A stretch of 58,845 nucleotides of DNA, from positions 1 to 58,845 of the forward strand of contig JBAQFX010000243.1 of assembly GCA_049287485.1 (NCBI GenBank), in the 5' to 3' direction. How positions within the stretch are numbered: the stretch's first letter is position 1; each line of letters opens with the position of its first letter. Under the pieces are notes generated by a model. That model saw only the letters and a list, made by a program, of their open reading frames with translations, was not told the DNA's origin and made no database searches. The position numbers and the translations under genes are program-made. Shown one piece after another: positions 55,206 through 58,845 of this stretch. The DNA is from Anaerolineales bacterium. GTDB lineage: Bacteria > Chloroflexota > Anaerolineae > Anaerolineales > UBA4823.

Positions 55206-57038
55206 ATGGTGGTCTCAACCATAGAAGAAAGGGTTGATTTCCTCAAGAAATCACTCATATTTTCTGAAACATCTCCTGAGATTCTGGTCGAAATTGCTTC
55301 GAAACTGGAAGAGGTAGAGTTTCAGGCAGACGAAGCTATTTTCCATTCTGGGGATCCAGGTGACTGCTTATATTTCATCAAAAAAGGTCAAGTTCGGGTG
55401 CATGATGAAGACCGCAATATTGCTCACCTGGTTGCGCACGATATTATTGGGGAGATGGCACTTCTTGATTCTAAACCTCAGACATTTAATGTAACCTCAG
55501 TTGAACGGACCAACTTATTAAGGCTAGATAAGGCTACATTTGATAAGTTAATTCATGAGCGGATCGAAATCGCCCAAGGTATTATCCATGTATTATCACA
55601 TCGGTTGCGTATGCAGGATCTGGAATTGGATGAAACGCGGGATAGTTTAGAGAAAGTAATCCTCCCGCTTGGCATCGCTCTATCTACTGAAAGAGATTTG
55701 GATCACCTGGTGGAGCGCATCCTCCTGGAAGCAAAAAAGCTGTGCAATGCCGATGCCGGGACGATATATCTGTCTACTGGGGATAAACAGCTTAAATTTA
55801 GCATCATGATAACTGATTCTTTAAATATTGCTCTTGGTGGGACAACGGGAAAGAAAATACCTTTTACTCCAATTTCTTTGGTGGATAAAAAAACCGGGGA
55901 ACCCAATTATCATAACGTTTCCACTTATGTTGCAATTACTGGCAATTCCATCAATATTCCAGACATCTACCAAGCTAATGATTTTGATTTTTCAGGCACC
56001 ATGGCGTTTGACAAGCAAACGGGTTACCGTTCAACATCCAGTTTAACCGTACCTTTAAAAAACCATCTGGGTGAAGTAATTGGGGTCTTGCAATTGTTTA
56101 ATGCACAAGAACCCAGTACAAAAGAAATCATTCCATTCAATGCATATCAGCAATTAATCGTCGAATCATTGGCATCACAAGCTGCCGTAGCGCTAAATAC
56201 TCAAGAGCTACTAAGACGTCAGGAGGTGCTGATCAAGATTGAGCATGATGTCCAAGTTGCACGCCAAATCCAGGCTGATTTTCTACCAGACGTATTACCT
56301 CAACCCAATGGGTGGGAGATTGAGTCCTTTTTTCGACCGGCGCGTGAGGTTGCAGGAGATTTTTATGATGCTTTTATGATTGACGATAATCAGGTTGGTT
56401 TTGTTATCGCAGATGTATGTGATAAGGGTGTGGGAGCGGCTCTTTTTATGGCCTTAACTCGTAGTTTAATTCGTGCTTTTGGATTGATTAACAGCCGGAA
56501 CTTGCCTTATCTTCAGGGTAGTTCTTCCGATGGCCAATTGCTCGATTGCATTGAAATTGGCTTAGATCCCATCGGCCTTACTAATAATTACATTGCTAAA
56601 ATTCACACCAAAATGAATATGTTTGTCACTCTTTTTTTCGGAATTCTTGATTCTGAAAAAGGTGAGCTTACATATATAAATGCCGGACATAACCCTCCGG
56701 TTCTACTCGATTCAACGGGTGAAGTCAAAGCTCGTTTAACACTCACGGGACCTGCAGTGGGCTTGATGCCAGCGATAACTTACACCTCTCGCCAACTGAC
56801 GATTGAAAGAGGTGATACATTATTTTTGTTTACAGATGGTGTGCCTGAGGCGCATAATCCAGCACATCAGTTATTTTCTGAAAAACGAATGCTGGAATTA
56901 CTATCAGTTCCTTTCCATTCGACTGAAATACTGCTCAATCGAATTGTTCAAGAGCTAGATGAATTTACAGCGGACGCCAATCAATTTGATGATATCACGA
57001 TGCTAGCTATCAGAAGAAAACTCGCATTAAAGGTATAA
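55206..57038 (+). CDS. cNMP-binding, GAF and PP2C (SpoIIE/RsbU-type) protein phosphatase, IcfG-like
   Basis: cNMP domain (FHSGDPGDCLYFIKKGQVRV...GEMALL), a GAF-like middle, and PP2C motifs (AGDFYDAF, FVIADVCDKGVGAALFMA, YINAGHNPP, FTDGVPEA, DDITMLAIRR). ATG at 55206 after GGTGGAGGATTA. Confidence 0.85.
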   Translation: MVVSTIEERVDFLKKSLIFSETSPEILVEIASKLEEVEFQADEAIFHSGDPGDCLYFIKKGQVRVHDEDRNIAHLVAHDIIGEMALLDSKPQTFNVTSVERTNLLRLDKATFDKLIHERIEIAQGIIHVLSHRLRMQDLELDETRDSLEKVILPLGIALSTERDLDHLVERILLEAKKLCNADAGTIYLSTGDKQLKFSIMITDSLNIALGGTTGKKIPFTPISLVDKKTGEPNYHNVSTYVAITGNSINIPDIYQANDFDFSGTMAFDKQTGYRSTSSLTVPLKNHLGEVIGVLQLFNAQEPSTKEIIPFNAYQQLIVESLASQAAVALNTQELLRRQEVLIKIEHDVQVARQIQADFLPDVLPQPNGWEIESFFRPAREVAGDFYDAFMIDDNQVGFVIADVCDKGVGAALFMALTRSLIRAFGLINSRNLPYLQGSSSDGQLLDCIEIGLDPIGLTNNYIAKIHTKMNMFVTLFFGILDSEKGELTYINAGHNPPVLLDSTGEVKARLTLTGPAVGLMPAITYTSRQLTIERGDTLFLFTDGVPEAHNPAHQLFSEKRMLELLSVPFHSTEILLNRIVQELDEFTADANQFDDITMLAIRRKLALKV

Positions 57039-57132
57039 GAATGTCTGCCAGAAGATAGTAGTATTGCAAAGATTATGTATTTACTAGTGGTTGAATCTAT
57101 TTATCGGTAACTAATTGTGAGGTGAAATTTCA

Positions 57133-58083
57133 ATGAAACGCCATAATGGAATAAAGATAGGAATAATTGTGCTGTTGTCCCTCGTTGCGATTGCAATAAT
57201 TGGTGTGCTAATTTTCGTAGCATTACCAACTCGAGCTAATATCATTGATTTCAGCGCAAAGTTATCAGAAATACTTGGAGTGGTCGAAGTAAGAAATAGT
57301 GAACAAGATCAATATAACCCGGTTAATAACGGTTTCATCCTAAAAAAAGTCATGCAATTGCAGACTAAAGAAGAAAGTCGGGTGCGTCTCGACTTGTCTT
57401 CCGGTTCAATCATCAGATTGGGGCAAATGACTGTATTTTCGCTCGACCCACCTAATCCCCTTTCTAATGGAGTGCTATCCAATATCGAGCTTCAGGTGGG
57501 TAGAGTTTGGATTGTCTTGAAGGGCGGCTCGTTGGAAGTGAATACACCACGCGGCATTGCTTCAGTTAGAGGATCTTATATGAGCGTTTGGGTGAAAAGT
57601 AGCTCAGATGATATTATCGTTTGCTGCCTTGAAGGCAGCTGTACATATCAGAACGATGGGGGAATCGTGTACTTGACTACAGGACAAAAAATCATTTCAT
57701 CTGATACGAATGTAAAGCCTACTGCACAACCCATGGATCAGGCTGATATGCAGGATTGGCGAGACAATTCCCCAGAATCCTCTGCGATCGTTTCTCAGGT
57801 TGCCCCTCTTGTTGTGACCTCCACGCCGACCTCAATACTTTCGATCGAATCCACACCCACCTTTCCCTCTTCAATCTCATCCACCTCTACGATAATGTCT
57901 GAGGCAGCACCTGTCTTTTCCAGCACAGATGAATTTTTAGCAACCCAGTATGCCTCTTTATATCCTGGTTTTGATTATTCTCAGATACAGAAGTGCTTGT
58001 CATATGGATATACATCTGAAAAGATGTTGACCTGCCTTATTAATTTAGTAGAGACAATAACCCCATGGATAGTAGTGCCATGA
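57133..58083 (+). CDS. Membrane-anchored FecR-domain protein
   Basis: N-terminal TM (IKIGIIVLLSLVAIAIIGVLIFVAL), then VEVRNSEQDQYNPV...VRLDLSSGSIIRLGQMTVFSL...VNTPRGIASVRGSYMSVWV, then a Ser/Thr/Pro-rich tail. Confidence 0.65.
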   Translation: MKRHNGIKIGIIVLLSLVAIAIIGVLIFVALPTRANIIDFSAKLSEILGVVEVRNSEQDQYNPVNNGFILKKVMQLQTKEESRVRLDLSSGSIIRLGQMTVFSLDPPNPLSNGVLSNIELQVGRVWIVLKGGSLEVNTPRGIASVRGSYMSVWVKSSSDDIIVCCLEGSCTYQNDGGIVYLTTGQKIISSDTNVKPTAQPMDQADMQDWRDNSPESSAIVSQVAPLVVTSTPTSILSIESTPTFPSSISSTSTIMSEAAPVFSSTDEFLATQYASLYPGFDYSQIQKCLSYGYTSEKMLTCLINLVETITPWIVVP

Positions 58084-58205
58084 AGACGTTATCACGGCAG
58101 TGGATAATCATGGTTAACAAAATGAATTTAACACTAGATTTACACGTTAAACGATTCTGAGATAGTGTGGATTATCTAGCGATTCACCTGTTTATGGAGT
58201 TGAAT

Positions 58206-58845
58206 ATGAGCAAACGAATGAGAAATCGAATAATCATAGGGTCTGCAATAGGAGTCATCTGCGTGATTGGCTTAGTTGCGATCATAGCCTTCCCTGGAGG
58301 AGCAAAGAATCTTAACCTGAGTGCCAAGCTCTCCGAAATTGCTGGCATTGTCGAGGTCCGTAATTCTGTCCAGGAGAATTACAACCTAGTGAACGACGGT
58401 TATACCCTGAATATGGTTCAACAACTTCAGACCCAGCAACAAAGCAAGGTCCGACTGGATCTATCCACTGGCTCGATTGTCCGCCTCGGTCAATCGACGA
58501 TTTTTTCATTAGCTCAAACCCAAGACGCCAGCAGCAGCGGTTTGTCATTATTAACCATGCAGCTTGGCAAGATGTGGATTGTTTTAAAGGGAGGCTCGAT
58601 TGATGTGAACACTCCCGGTGGATTGGCCTCCGTGCGTGGATCTTATATAAGCGTTTGGGTGGATCCTGACACCAATTTCATCACTGTGATGTGTCTCGAA
58701 GGCCATTGTAATTTCACCAATAACGCCGGGACAGTGGAATTAACTTCAGCTCAAAAGGTCATTTCGATAGATCCGAACATCCTTCCTGTGGTTCAACCGA
58801 TGGATATGTCGGATATCCAATCCTGGCTGGATAACTGCCCTGAAT
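58206..58845 (+). CDS. Membrane-anchored FecR-domain protein, paralog of the previous gene (3' end off window)
   Basis: Not in the ORF track (no stop). ATG at 58206 after GGAG. MSKRMRNRIIIGSAIGVICVIGLVAIIAF...VEVRNSVQENYNLV...VRLDLSTGSIVRLGQSTIFSL...VNTPGGLASVRGSYISVWV...MCLEGHC. Confidence 0.65.
   Translation, partial: MSKRMRNRIIIGSAIGVICVIGLVAIIAFPGGAKNLNLSAKLSEIAGIVEVRNSVQENYNLVNDGYTLNMVQQLQTQQQSKVRLDLSTGSIVRLGQSTIFSLAQTQDASSSGLSLLTMQLGKMWIVLKGGSIDVNTPGGLASVRGSYISVWVDPDTNFITVMCLEGHCNFTNNAGTVELTSAQKVISIDPNILPVVQPMDMSDIQSWLDNCPE

Noticed and set aside
1-58845. CRISPR arrays, rRNA and tRNA genes
   Set aside because: I found no regularly spaced short direct repeats and no rRNA- or tRNA-like conserved blocks on reading the intergenic regions. 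The only tandem repeats are the coding TPR units.

Overview
This is a 58.8-kb, gene-dense bacterial chromosomal window, with almost all genes on the + strand. Shine-Dalgarno sites are strong and many neighbouring genes overlap by ATGA. Gene content hints at a Chloroflexota-like or cyanobacteria-related lineage, but I cannot establish taxonomy from sequence alone.

Left to right, the window contains:
- a truncated SARP-type regulator, small membrane and stress proteins, and a B12-type radical SAM enzyme flanked by two micro-ORFs
- an RNA/ribosome quality-control trio: an RNB exoribonuclease, a baeRF (eRF1/Pelota-like) protein behind a roughly 370-nt leader, and HPF/RaiA
- glycogen genes (pgm, alpha-glucan phosphorylase)
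- relics of decayed sugar-phosphate genes: an ackA-xfp chimera and rpiB
- a P3A-type H+-ATPase and a repeat-rich TPR gene
- a complete kdpFABC-kdpDE locus with two oddities: an extra hydrophobic micropeptide, and a kinase-less KdpD-core paralog between kdpB and kdpC
- PadR and moeA, followed by a Moco-riboswitch-like leader with an intrinsic terminator. It controls a five-gene ECF-type transporter operon (P-loop NTPase, double ATPase, S-like membrane protein, molybdopterin-binding-fold lipoprotein, EcfT). The operon abuts a modB relic that is cut by an IS element.
- to the right of the IS, a roughly 13-kb array packed with 14 NTF2/SnoaL (ester-cyclase) modules and 2 tautomerase modules. It includes FHA and tautomerase fusions and is flanked by DJ-1/PfpI, ThDP, GMC and VOC enzymes.
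- a TMEM175-like channel, then an icfG-like partner-switching cluster (AGE-family protein, STAS, GlgX, STAS, cNMP-GAF-PP2C) with no kinase visible
- two tandem FecR-domain paralogs

I saw no rRNA, tRNA or CRISPR array. The two strongest candidates for an undescribed system are the riboswitch-controlled ECF operon and the NTF2/tautomerase array.
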